In this document: in pieces, positions 24,721-36,800 of the stretch
Layout of the letters: the number at the start of each line of letters is the position of its first letter
Position numbering within the stretch: position 1 is the stretch's first letter
Source: Schmidtea polychroa
Lineage: Eukaryota
Length of the DNA stretch: 64,000 nt
Assembly: GCA_044892525.1 (NCBI GenBank)
Contig: CM097885.1
Coordinates: 1,178,001-1,242,000, forward strand
Direction: 5' to 3'
Notes under the pieces: model-generated
What the model saw: the letters and a program-made list of their open reading frames with translations, nothing else
Database searches by the model: none
Told to the model about the DNA's origin: nothing
Made by a program: the position numbers and the translations under genes

Positions 24721-25969
24721 TGTTCCTATAATAATCAAAGTTATTCATCAAATTGTTGTTGCTCAATATTAGTCAAATTTTTAAAATTTTATAAAAAATT
24801 ACAATCTAAAATTTAATAAAAACTTTTAGTAAATTTATTAAATTAAAACTTTAATTAGCATGCATCCAATCAAAATGAAAATATTTAATTATCTAAATTT
24901 AAAAAATGTCTAATATAAATAGAAAATAGTATATCTGTTATTGGTATGACATGTTAACCTCCTGTTCATTACCTTCAATATAATATGTAATATTTGAAAT
25001 ATCCTATTACTTATTCTTTTAAGGTATTTATATTTCATTATCTATATTATTGATTTTTGGTAGGAACAAGTTAATTTAAAAGTCTATCAATTCAGTATTC
25101 AAATTGATATTATTTGGGATGAAAATAGAAAATATCTTGGAGAAATTCTTCGATTAATTAATAAAGACAAGTATTTTAACTAAAAACTTTCATTTATCAA
25201 CTGCGAAAAAGATTGTAAAATTAAGATAGTTGAAGGTAAAAAATCTAAAATTCAGATACTTATTCAAGGACTCAAGATAAATGGAGTTATAATTAAACCA
25301 ATTTGGAAAATTAAAAATGTCTATGAATAAATTTATGAATAAAATTTGAGTTTTTTATTGTTATTTAAAATATATTTTAAAGAAATCTATAATTTGGTTT
25401 ATAAAATTATTAGTTGTCTGTAAAGTTAATATTTGACTATAAAATTAAGATTTTTAATTTGTCTATAAAAGTTTAATGTGGACAATATATAATTAAAATA
25501 CTCTAAAATTATCATAATAATTAATAAAATGGAATAAAAAAAATTTTGCATAGGATATGCTCTTATAAAAAATTTTATCAATTCAAAAATATATGTAGCA
25601 TAAGATAAATCATTTAAAAAAATTTAAATAAATTATAATATATAAAAAAATCCAATTAAAATATTTATAATTCAAAAATATATAGCATAAAATAAATCAT
25701 TTAAAAAAAATGAATTAAAATTCAAAAAAATATATACATTTGTTTTCATCTTTTTCTTTCTTGTTTTTCTTGTGTTCATTTTTTTCATGAAAATTTTCTG
25801 TCAAAGTTTCATGAATATTTTAAGCTATATTTATCTAAAAAAAATTTTAAATTTAATTCTTTAACAAAAAGATTATATATTTACCATCGTTATGAAAGAG
25901 CTTTATTTCGCCAAAAATCCAGAACATATGAAAAATTAATGAATAAACAACAATAAAATACAAGGTACA

Positions 25970-26234
25970 TGATATAAATCTTTATTTATAGTAAACGACA
26001 ACGTCTAACTAAATGATCATAAGCAGATAAGCACGGAATACAGTTAAAGTAGTCGAATTCGTGGATTCGATAATGGTTCGACTTCCCAGAAACTACTACT
26101 ATTCGCATCGGCAAAGAGAGTGTCCAGAAACCCTTTCTCCCAGCGTGTTCCTGCCACTGGGATTACCCGATATTTGCTAGACTTTTCATAGAGTTGCATA
26201 GGTTTCACGAAAGTATAGCATGAAGTGTACCACA
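25970..26234 (-). mobile_element. Possible solo LTR
   Basis: GC-richer ~265-bp island reading TGTGGTAC...AATAAAGATTTATATCA on the minus strand (TG...CA ends, poly(A) signal near the end); no TSD found. Confidence 0.3.
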
Positions 26235-26634
26235 GAGATGAATAGGGTTGTATAGTTTTTATTTAAAAAATAGATTAAATGAATGAAATTGAAAGGAAAT
26301 GAAAAGTTTAATTAAAAAGGAAATTAAACAAAAACTAAGGTTGGTGGATTTTAAAGATGAAGCAAATCAAGTATGGAGAAAAGTATTATGTAGTGTCCAC
26401 ATAATAATAATCAAGTTTTTTTTACATTTATTAAATGGAAGAGTCGTTTGGATTTGCAGTAAAATATAATAACGTTGACCCAAACATATTGATAAAAACA
26501 GCCGAACTTAAAAACCTAAATGAATTTCAACAAGTAAAAACTGCATCTCCTAATAGGAATATGTACAAGCACCCTTAAAAGACTTAAATTAGATCCTAAT
26601 TGTTCTAGTTTTTATAGATATGACATTCCATTAG

Positions 26635-27235
26635 AATAGTATATAGTGAGGACTCCAGTGCACTTTCAAGGTCATGGAATATCAAGATCAAATATAGACC
26701 AATCGAATCATTTATTTTTTAAATTAACATTTTATTTAATTACTTCTTTTTAAATTTTTTCTTTTTAATTTTATTAATTAATTATTTTATTATGTTTTAT
26801 TTTAATTTATTACATTTAATTAAATTATTAGTTTATTAATATTTTATTTTAATTACTTACGCTATTTAATTATTATTATTATTATTATTATTTTTAAAAT
26901 ATTTATTTATTTTTTAATTTAAATTTTATTTAATTACTTCTATTTAATTTTTTTTCTTTTAAATTTTCTTAATTAATTATTTTATTATGTTTTTATTTTA
27001 GTATTATTTAATTTATTTATTTATTATTATTATTATTATTATTTTTTAATTATACATTTACATTATATTCTAACAAGAGGTAAATTATAACAATAATATT
27101 TCAATTTCTAATTAAAATTTTATTCAAATTGAATAATTACTAATTAAAATTTTATTCAAATTAAAATATTATTGTTATAATTTAACTTTTGTTAGAATAT
27201 AATGTAAATGTAAAATTTAAAAAAAATAATAATTT
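26635..27235 (+). mobile_element. Collapsed Polinton subfamily B derivative: left terminal repeat fused to the inner end of the right terminal repeat
   Basis: Starts AATAGTATATAGTGAGGACTCCAG (inverse of the 33834 terminus); inverted repeat ~27050-27105 vs ~27165-27215. Confidence 0.6.
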
Positions 27236-27246
27236 TAAAAAATAAA

Positions 27247-27860
27247 AGGTCAAGGTCAAGGTCAATGTCAAGGTCAAGGTCAAGGTCATTTTTTTAAATA
27301 AGTGATCCTGAGGGCCCATACTTTTTTTCATCCCAAAGATTTATGTTCCCGCCAACAGATTTTATTGATCGATAGCTCATCGTAAAGCACAGTGCAAGAC
27401 CTTTAAGTTGAATTAAAGATTCCTATCATCCGATGACTCATTTTAGAACAAAGACAATGACTCATTAAGGTAATTCTATTTTTAGTAATAAAGACATCCA
27501 TTTTTAGTAACATTTGAATCTATTTTTAGTAACATTTTTGAACAAAGACAATGATTTAACCGAGGACTCATCGTTTTTAGAACAATGAATCAGCCGGTGA
27601 CTAATCAGATTTTAAGAACGATGACTCATTCGATGACTCATCAAAATTTTAGAACAAAGACAAAGGCTCACCCAATGACTCATCACATTTTTAGAACGAT
27701 GACTCTTCATAGTTTTAGAACGATGATTCATACGGTGACTCATCATATTTTAAGAACAAATATAATGACTCATCATTATTTTAGAACGGTTACTCATTCG
27801 ATGACTCGTCAAGGTCATTCTATTTTAAGTAACAAAAACATCTATTTTTAGTAACATTTC
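27247..27860 (+). repeat. (CAAGGT)n tract, one unit of the ~214-bp repeat family and a GATGACTCAT...TTTTAGAAC minisatellite
   Basis: Visible directly; homologous to 61945..62930. Confidence 0.8.
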
Positions 27861-27977
27861 GATCCGATGTTTAATTATCGATAATAATTTAATTTATCAT
27901 TATTATTTGGAAAGATATTAACCCCCGCGTGGAAGATGTTATTTTCAAAATTATTATTATTATTTTCAAAGTTCTAT

Positions 27978-28039
<62 letters not shown>

Positions 28040-28482
28040 TGCAATTATTCATAAAACTTAATTTCTACATCAATTTCATGATTTTCAACATTTTCATCAT
28101 TTGCATGAATATTTTAATAATTTTCAATATTTTTCAATATTTATTTACTATTATTATTATTTTAAATTATATTTTCAAAGTTATTTTCAAAGAATTATTA
28201 TTATTATTTGCAAAGTTGTAATTATTATTTTTTTTAGAAGTTTCATTATTATTATTTACTTACATATTCATAAAACTTAATTTCTACGTCAATTTCATGA
28301 TTCTCAACTATTTCATCATTTGCATTTTTTAATAATTATCAATATTTTCATAATTTTCTACATTTTCAATATTTTCACAATTTTCATGATTTTCAACATT
28401 TTCATGATTATTTCAGGAACTTTTTCATCAAATATTGTTCAAAGTATTATTTTCAAAGAATTATTTTCAAAGTTTTAATCAA

Positions 28483-28540
<58 letters not shown>

Positions 28541-28786
28541 GCAAATAATAGTCAAAAACATAAAATATTTTTACACACACACAACCCATTAACAGTTATT
28601 ATTATCAATATTAGTGAAAACCTAAAATAATTTTTACACACTAAGTTATGGGGTAGAGAATTATTATATGTTTGCAGTATTCTGTGTTTTCCTTTACAAG
28701 AAATTTTTGATAAGGAGCGAATAATTCAATTTTACATATACATTCTATATACACATACATTGTTTAACACGGGTGTATATACTCCT

Positions 28787-28868
28787 AGTCTATCCGACAA
28801 GATATTCTGTCCCCCTATGGGTATTGCTAGCAAGGGTACTACTCACATTCAACATGTCGCAAGGGTAT
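28787..28868 (+). repeat. Dispersed ~85-bp repeat (also at ~30657-30740, ~63080-63155, ~63302-63398)
   Basis: Shared core TATCCGACAAGATATTCTGTCCCCCTATGGGTATTGCTAGCAAGGGTACTACTCACATTCAACATGTC. Confidence 0.85.
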
Positions 28869-29624
28869 ATTAATTAAGGTTAGTAAATAAAACTTATAAC
28901 ACATACTATTTTTAATAATATTTAAACGATAAAAATCAAGACAAGAGAGGACAAGGCAAAGTTTATGCATTTAGTATTGCCAGGCCTAATGAGCAGTGAC
29001 CAAATATCTGTGCCTGAAAGACACGGTGGATATTTGTTCGCGTCCACAAAGGTCGTGGAGTCAGAAGAACCTGGGCATTATAGTTTTCTGTACGGAACAT
29101 TACGCCTAGCATGGGTAGTCAACTACCAGCACATTCGAAACGTATAAAATTACATTACAAAATACATGCGTCATTGGCACTATGACCAAATTAATTAATG
29201 TTTTCACTAACAACAATATATATTTACAGAGGCCTCCCACTAGTTGGATTACAACCGCCCATCACGACGATCAGCTTCTAAATATATATTAATTAAGGGA
29301 TAAAGAGCACCCACCCAACCCTATTATATTTAATTTACAAAGGGTTTCTCGCTCTTCTGCTGGTAATCTATCTCAAAATTATTATCTCCATCGGGGCATT
29401 TGATATTGATTTCATGGAATACATCTTGCAAATTGGACGTATTTCATAGTTTCTGATGCTGCGTCAACTTTCATTGCTAACATTTGTATTGCTTTAAAAG
29501 CAATTAATTTACATTATCTAACATTTTATCGTCACAGGCTTGATAAATTAGGCAACTGTTATTTGTGGTATAATTTATCAATATAATTTCTTATCAATTC
29601 CCACCATAAAACACAGATACCTAA

Positions 29625-29626
<2 letters not shown>

Positions 29627-29675
<49 letters not shown>
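29627..29675. repeat. (TA)n microsatellite
   Basis: Visible directly. Confidence 0.95.
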
Positions 29676-29678
<3 letters not shown>

Positions 29679-30821
29679 GAATTAATTCATGTCTTACATT
29701 AATAATAATATTCTTCAGGACTGACGAGTACTTTACTTAATTGCTAAAACGTCGATTTTTCCCATTTTTCTTGACCTTTGTTGAAAGAAAGTTTACATAA
29801 TTTAAGTCTGATAAGTAAACATTCATGTTGAAGGACACCCACAATCAGCTAATTTATTTAAAAAATCCAGAACATAACTCCTTTAGTGTTTCACTATTTT
29901 TTCTGGTTCATCTTCTTCATAATCATACAAATCATTTTCTTCATTACTAAGTAAAATAATTAAAATATTGTAGTAAATTCTTTATTTACTTACTTTATGG
30001 ATACTAAAACGAAAGAAATAAAGTTATATCAAAAGTATATTTAAATAATTTAAATTTAAATAATTTAAATTTAGTTATTTAAATATATTTAAACAATTTA
30101 GTTATTTAAGCATATTTAAACATTAATATTATTATATAGTATAATTTTATATAATTTTATATATTCTAAATTTAATAAATAAAATTAATTAATTATAATT
30201 AATTAATAATTTAATAATAAAAAATTTATAATGAAGATTCTTTGAATTAAAAAATATTCTGTTAGTATTTCCAGGCAGAAAAAAACGAATTCAATAATTA
30301 AAATCTTAATTTTCAAGTTATATATTTAGGGTTGTGGCCAGAAGTTAATCGCCATCTAATCATTTGTTTTCAATTTCGCTCATTTTTGTTCAAAACATTC
30401 AGGTGAGTTGTTATCTGAAAAGTTTCTTTGAGCTCAGTTTTGTTAAAACACTCACGGTATTTTTGAGGGACGTGACACTGGAAATAAATTAACAATGAGT
30501 GGTCATCCATACATGTTGTTGGTCTGAGCTATCGATTTAATTTAGAAATAGGTATATTAAAAACATTTAAGGTATCATTCAGTAAAATAATATAGTATTT
30601 TTTAGTTAATTTATAAATAACAGTATTTTGATATATTAATAAAGACCATATACTCCGAGTTTATCCGACAAAATATTCTGTCCCCCTATGGGTATTGCTA
30701 GCAAGGGTACTGGTCACATTCAACATGTCGCAAGAGTATATTAATCAGTTAGAAATTCTTAGGTAATTTAGTGAGATGATCAGAAATTCGTGAATATTTT
30801 AAATGTAACTTTAAACTAATG

Positions 30822-31378
30822 TCAAGCGACTAATTTATTGGTTAACTTTGTAGTCATTTAAAGCAAAACTTAATTTATTCATCTAATGTTCGTTACAATA
30901 GTTAATAATATGAGAAAAATATGGTCATTATTCATTGATAATTTTAAATTCTTTATCATTTGTAGTAAATTTGATTGAGGCAAAAATAATTAAAGGAGTC
31001 ATAATAGAAATATGGTTAGAAATAGAAATAATTTTAGACCTTAATTTACTTAATTGAAATTTTAGACCTTAATTTACTTAAGTTTAAAAATATATACCAT
31101 AATTTACTGTAATTGAAAAATTTGGACCATAATTTACTGTAATTTAATTTTTTAGAACCATAATTTACTGTAATTGAAAAATTCGAGCGACTAATTTATT
31201 GGTAAACTTTGCAGTCATTTAAAGCAAAACTTAATTTATTCATCTAATGTTCGTTACAATAGTTAATAATATGAGAAAAATATGGTCATTATTCATTGAT
31301 AATTTTAAATTCTTTATCATTTGGAGTAAATTTGTTTGAGGCAAAAATAATTAAAGGAGTCATAATAGAAATATGGTT
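30822..31378. repeat. ~195-bp direct duplication (~30825-31018 and ~31186-31378) flanking Polinton-type subterminal repeats
   Basis: AGCGACTAATTTATTGG...GAAATATGGTTA is repeated. Confidence 0.8.
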
Positions 31379-31866
31379 ATCATTTAACCAATTAAGGGGC
31401 TTATTAGTTAGAAATATATATATTATAAAGTAACAATTATTTTCTAATTTAATTAGATGATCATTAGACGTAATATATCTTTGCGAGAAATTTAAAATGT
31501 TTGAGTAACCAAAACATGGATATTTTGTGCGATAAATTTATGAATATTGGTTAATTTTGTTATTTTTAGTCATTTAAAATAATATTTAGCAAAGGTAATT
31601 TAGAAAAATATCGTTGTAAGATTTATCCACCCGATAACAATATTCCTTCAATAGATTAACTGATATTCAACCTATTTAATTTCTGGAAATATAATTAAAA
31701 TCATAAATTTCCTTCAATAAAGTTAAATCAAAAACGCAAGAGACGCTCAAGCAAATCAAGAATTAAAAAATAAACACATTGCAGAAACAGAATTTATATA
31801 AAGTCAAACCCTGACTCCTACAACAGGTTCAAGTCTAAATAAAATTCAATCAAAAGCAATAACACT

Positions 31867-32138
31867 AGTAAGTAGGACTCCAACCCACTTTCAAGGTCAT
31901 GAAATATGTCCAGATCAAATATAGGTCAATTGAATCATTTATTTTTAAATTAACATTTTATTTATTTACTTCTTTTTAATTTTTTCTTTTTAATTATATT
32001 AATTAATTATTTTATTTTGTTTTATTTTAATTACTTACTTTAGTTAATTTTTAATTTATTAAATTAATTAATTTCTTAGTTTATTAATATTTTATTTTAA
32101 TTACTTACGCCATTTAAATATTATTATTATTATTATTA

Positions 32139-32188
<50 letters not shown>

Positions 32189-33834
32189 ATTATTATTATT
32201 ATTATTATTATTTATTTTATTTATTTCTTTATTTTTTCTTAAATTTTACATTTACATTATATTCTAAAAAGAGAGTTAATTATAACAATAATATTTCAAT
32301 TTGTATAAAATTTTAATTAGTAATTATTTAATTTATTATAAAATAAAACGCTGTGTTAATTTTAAATAAACTGGATATTAATTTTTTGGAAAAAATAAAT
32401 AAATAAAATAGTCTAAAAGATTAAATTATGGTCTAAAATTTAAAATTTAAAAATTGAAAATTGAAAATTAAAAACTAAACTAATCAAACTAAATCAAACG
32501 CTATAACCTTAATTCAAGAATTCACTAAAGTAGATCAGAAGATATTAATTATCAAAATGTAACAAAGACTCTGAAATTCATCAATTTCATCTAATGACCT
32601 GGTGATATTCAATACCATTCTCAAGAATGCTAAAGTCGGGAATTCTTTGAATTTAACAATTTCATCTAACTATCCGGCGATATTCGATCCGATTCTATAA
32701 AGTATTTATCTTTGTAGTTGATTAAAAGTTTATTGTTGATTATAGTTTATCATTAATTATTTTTTTGTTAGGGGTGTTAAAGAAAATACTTGACTGATTC
32801 ATTTTTCTCAGATAAAATTTGTTCTGTAATCGGGAAATTCAAGGATGAGAATAAAGGAAATCAATATAAAGAATGGGTGTTTCTTCGTCCCAAGTGCTAC
32901 TCACTCCAAGGCGATAAAACACTCAAAAAGCCAAAGGAATAAGACTTACAAATTCTAATATCACCCATGAAGCTTATAAAAAAAGTGTATACTGATGGTG
33001 GAACAGTGAGCATCCCATTAAAAAAGAATAGGAAGTGTCAATCATCAGTTGTATACTTTCATGACAGAAAAACGAGCTCTCCAATGTTTGGACGATAAAA
33101 GGCATTGGTACAATTGTAATGAAAGCTATGCCTACGGTCACTATAAGATTCGTCACATGCATATTGCAACTTCTATGTCTAGAAATGAATGCAAATCGAA
33201 ACAAGCACTTTAACAATTAAATTTATGCGAATAATAAAATATATATTGTGAATTATTTGACTTCGTTAATAAAAATATGTTTTATCATTTATTAATTCAT
33301 TTGTCCAAATAATTTAGATAATTAGTTTTAAGTAAGAATTATTATTTATCATGAAAAACTTTGCTTTGTTTTGAAAAATTAATGCCCATTTTATTTTAAA
33401 TTAACACAGCTTTATTTTATGATAATTACTAATTAAAATTTTATTCAAATTGAAATATTATTGTTACAATTTACACTCTTGTTAGAATATATTAAATGTA
33501 AATGTAAAATAATAACAATAAAAAAAAAATAATAATAATAAATAAATAAAAATTAAATTAAAAAAAATATTAATTAAATAACGAAAGTAATTAAAATAAA
33601 ATATTAATAAATAATTAATTAATTAAATGTAATAAATTGAAAATTAACTAAAGTAATTAATTAAAACAAAAAACATAATAAAATAATTAATTAATAAATT
33701 TAAAAAAAAAAATTAAATAGTAGTAATTAAATAAATTTAAAAAAAAATAAATAGAAATGATTCTATTGACCTATATTTGACCTGGACATTGGGATGACCT
33801 TGAAAGTGTCCTGGAGTCCTCACTATATACTACT
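31867..33834 (+). mobile_element. ~2-kb Polinton subfamily B deletion derivative: two terminal inverted repeats around a pPolB C-terminal fragment
   Basis: Left end AGTAAGTAGGACTCCAACCCACTTTCAAGGTCA; right end reverse complement AGTAGTATATAGTGAGGACTCCAGGACACTTTCAAGGTCA; inverted similarity extends ~500 bp; pPolB tail at ~32790-33220. No TSD seen. Confidence 0.7.
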
Positions 33835-36800
33835 AATTATAATCATTATTTTCTTTAATTTAACCCTTTATTTACTTAATTTAGCCCTTGTTTACCGAAT
33901 ATAGAAGTTTAAAATATAGACCATTGATTACTTTAATTTAAAAATGTATCCCTTAATTTACATAATTTCCATCTAAAATTATTTCAAAAAAATTTTTTTT
34001 CTAAAATTGTCATTGAAAAATATTTCATAAAAGTTTTCATTTAAAATTTTCATTGAAAAATATTTCATAAAAATTTTTTTTAAAAATTATCTTAAAAATT
34101 ATTCCATAAAAATTTCCATCTTAAATTACTTAAAAAATTATTTCATAAAAATTTTCATTAAAAATTTCAATTCTCAAACACCTTCTATTATTTTGTTAAT
34201 AAATTTAAAATCTTACTTTAATTTGCTTATTACATTACTTATTTAAAAATTATTACTTTAATTTACTTATTTAAAATATTTGACCATTGATTACTTAATT
34301 TAAAAATTTGGACCTTAATTAACTTTAATTTAATTTTTTAGAACCTTAATTTACTTTAATTTTAAATTTTGACCCTTAATTAACTTTAATTCAAAATTTG
34401 GACATTAATTGAAAATTTTAGACCATACTTTTCCATAAAATTGTCATTGAAAAAATTTTCATTTCTCAGGCGCCGTTTAGTAGGTGGTTAGGAGCCCGCT
34501 TCAAATGCAAGCCGTTTTTTTGCTGCAACATTTGATTGCGCAATTGTTGCAACTTGTTTTTTTTTCTATTGAAAATACTAGAAAAAAAAAATAATCGTAG
34601 CTTACTGTACAACAAAAAAAATGAGTTGCAACAATTGCGTAATCAAAATTTGCAGCAAAAAAAAAGTTGCCGCAGAACCCCTCACCCCCCCTAAAATTTT
34701 CAATTAAGGTCTAAAATTTTCAATTAAGTAATTAAGGTCTAAATTTCTCAATTACAGTAAATTATGGTTCTAAAAAATTAAATTATAGTAAATTATGGTC
34801 CAAATTTTCAAAAACAGTAAATTATGGTATATATTTTTAAACTTAAGTAAATTAAGGTCTAAAATTTAAAAGTAAAGTAAATTTCAATTAAGTAAAGTAA
34901 GGTCTAAAATTTTCAATTAAGGTCTAAAATTTTCAATTAAAGTAAATTAAGGTACAAATTTTGAATTAAAGTTAATTAAGGGTCAAAATTTAAAATTAAA
35001 GTAAATTAAGGTTCTAAAAAATTAAATTAAAGTTAATTAAGGTCCAAATTTTTAAATTAAGTAATCAATGGTCAAATATTTTAAATAAGTAAATTAAAGT
35101 AATAATTTTTAAATAAGTAATGTAATAAGCAAATTAAAGTAAGATTTTAAATTTATTAACAAAATAATAGAAGGTGTTTGAGAATTGAAATTTTTTAATG
35201 AAAATTTTTATGAAATATTTTTCAATGACAATTTTAGAAAAAAAAATTTTTTGAAATAATTTTAGATGGAAATTATTTAAATTAAGGGATACATTTTTAA
35301 ATTAAAGTAATCAATGATCTATATTTTAAACTTCTATATTCGGTAAACAAGGACTAAATTAAGTAAATAAAGGGTTAAATTAAAGAAAATTATGATTATA
35401 ATTATAATTAGATTTAAAGAATAATTACCTTTTCATTTAACACTACAGTGTTAATTCTTACCATTTTAGAATAATATTTTTTATCAAAGTTCTTATCTTG
35501 ATTTATTTAATTTTAATTGAAAGTAATGACGAAATAGAACGTGTTGTCTTCAATTTTAATGAATTAATTTGAAATATTATTTAGATAAATATTTGTGTTT
35601 AAGGTATTCCTTAGTAATATTTTTTTTAGAGTTGATGGTTTTTGTGAATTTTTATCATTTTCATGAATTTCATGTGGATAGAATGAATATTTAAAAATTT
35701 TAAGTTAGTTCTAAGATAAATTTAATTAATTTCTTGATAATTGGATGCATTTTTATTGATTGGTTTTTTAATTTTAAATAAAAATTATTTTTAATGACAG
35801 TTAGGTTAATAATCACGTGATAGGATATGACTTTGTAATAATATTTTTTTTCATATATTTTCTAAGAATTTCATGTAGATTTATTTAAAAATTTAAAGTT
35901 TTAATGACGATTTTATTTGAATTTCTTGATAATTTGTTAAATTTTAAATAAAAATTAATTTTTTTTAATGACTGTTAGGTTAATAATTAAGTAATTGGTT
36001 TAATTTTAGATGACTTTGTAATGCATTTGACTAAATAATTTTTTTCAATAATTTTCTAAGAATATTAACACATTGATGAACTTTTTTAAAAAAAACATAA
36101 GCTAAGAAACCAGTTAACCTTATAAAGAACTTTAAATTTACTTGATAATTTACAGAAATAATATACAAAATTTAATTTACAGAAATAATTTACAAAATAA
36201 TAATACAGAAATTTATGATTAAGTTTGCTTTTATGAACAATCAATATATATCATCTCTAGTTAGGTATTTGATAGGTGAAATATTTGTAGTAAATAATAA
36301 GTTTATTATGTCTTTGTTACATAACTCGACTTTAGCGTCAAAATGTGTTTTTAAAATAAATTTTAATTTTAAAATACCGCAATGTAATATATTAATTTTT
36401 TCCTAACCTTCCTTGATTTTGATTGGTTAGAATTTGTTACTATAAACAATAATAATCTATAAACAATAATAATCTATAAACAATAATCAATCATTAGTCA
36501 AATTTAACAAATAATTAACCTTTAAAAATGAATTCTTTAATAGAAAACGTTATGAATGTTCGAGAAAAAATTCAGGAATTTGGTAAATTTTAATTTATTT
36601 ATTAATTAATTTATTAATTAATTTAGATAATATTAATGAAGACAATTTAAAATCTTTATTTTTTCTTAAATTTTACATTTACATTATATTCTAAAAAGAG
36701 AGTTAATTATAACAATAATATTTCAATTTGTATAAAATTTTAATTAGTAATTATTCAATTTGAATAAAATATTTATTAGAAATTATTTAATTTATTATAA

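Noticed and set aside
29721..29754. Hammerhead ribozyme (CTGACGAG...AAAACGTCG)
   Set aside because: The GAAA core is broken, stem II does not pair convincingly and no Penelope-like ORF is nearby.
32974..33216. Repeated 80-aa minus-strand ORF (also at 11303, 37433, 41913) and other short antisense ORFs
   Set aside because: They are shadows of pPolB, transposase or RT coding sequence on the opposite strand; repetition reflects DNA duplication.
31861..33840. Target-site duplication around the 2-kb mini-element
   Set aside because: The flanks AACACT and AATTAT do not match, so independent transposition of this unit is unproven.
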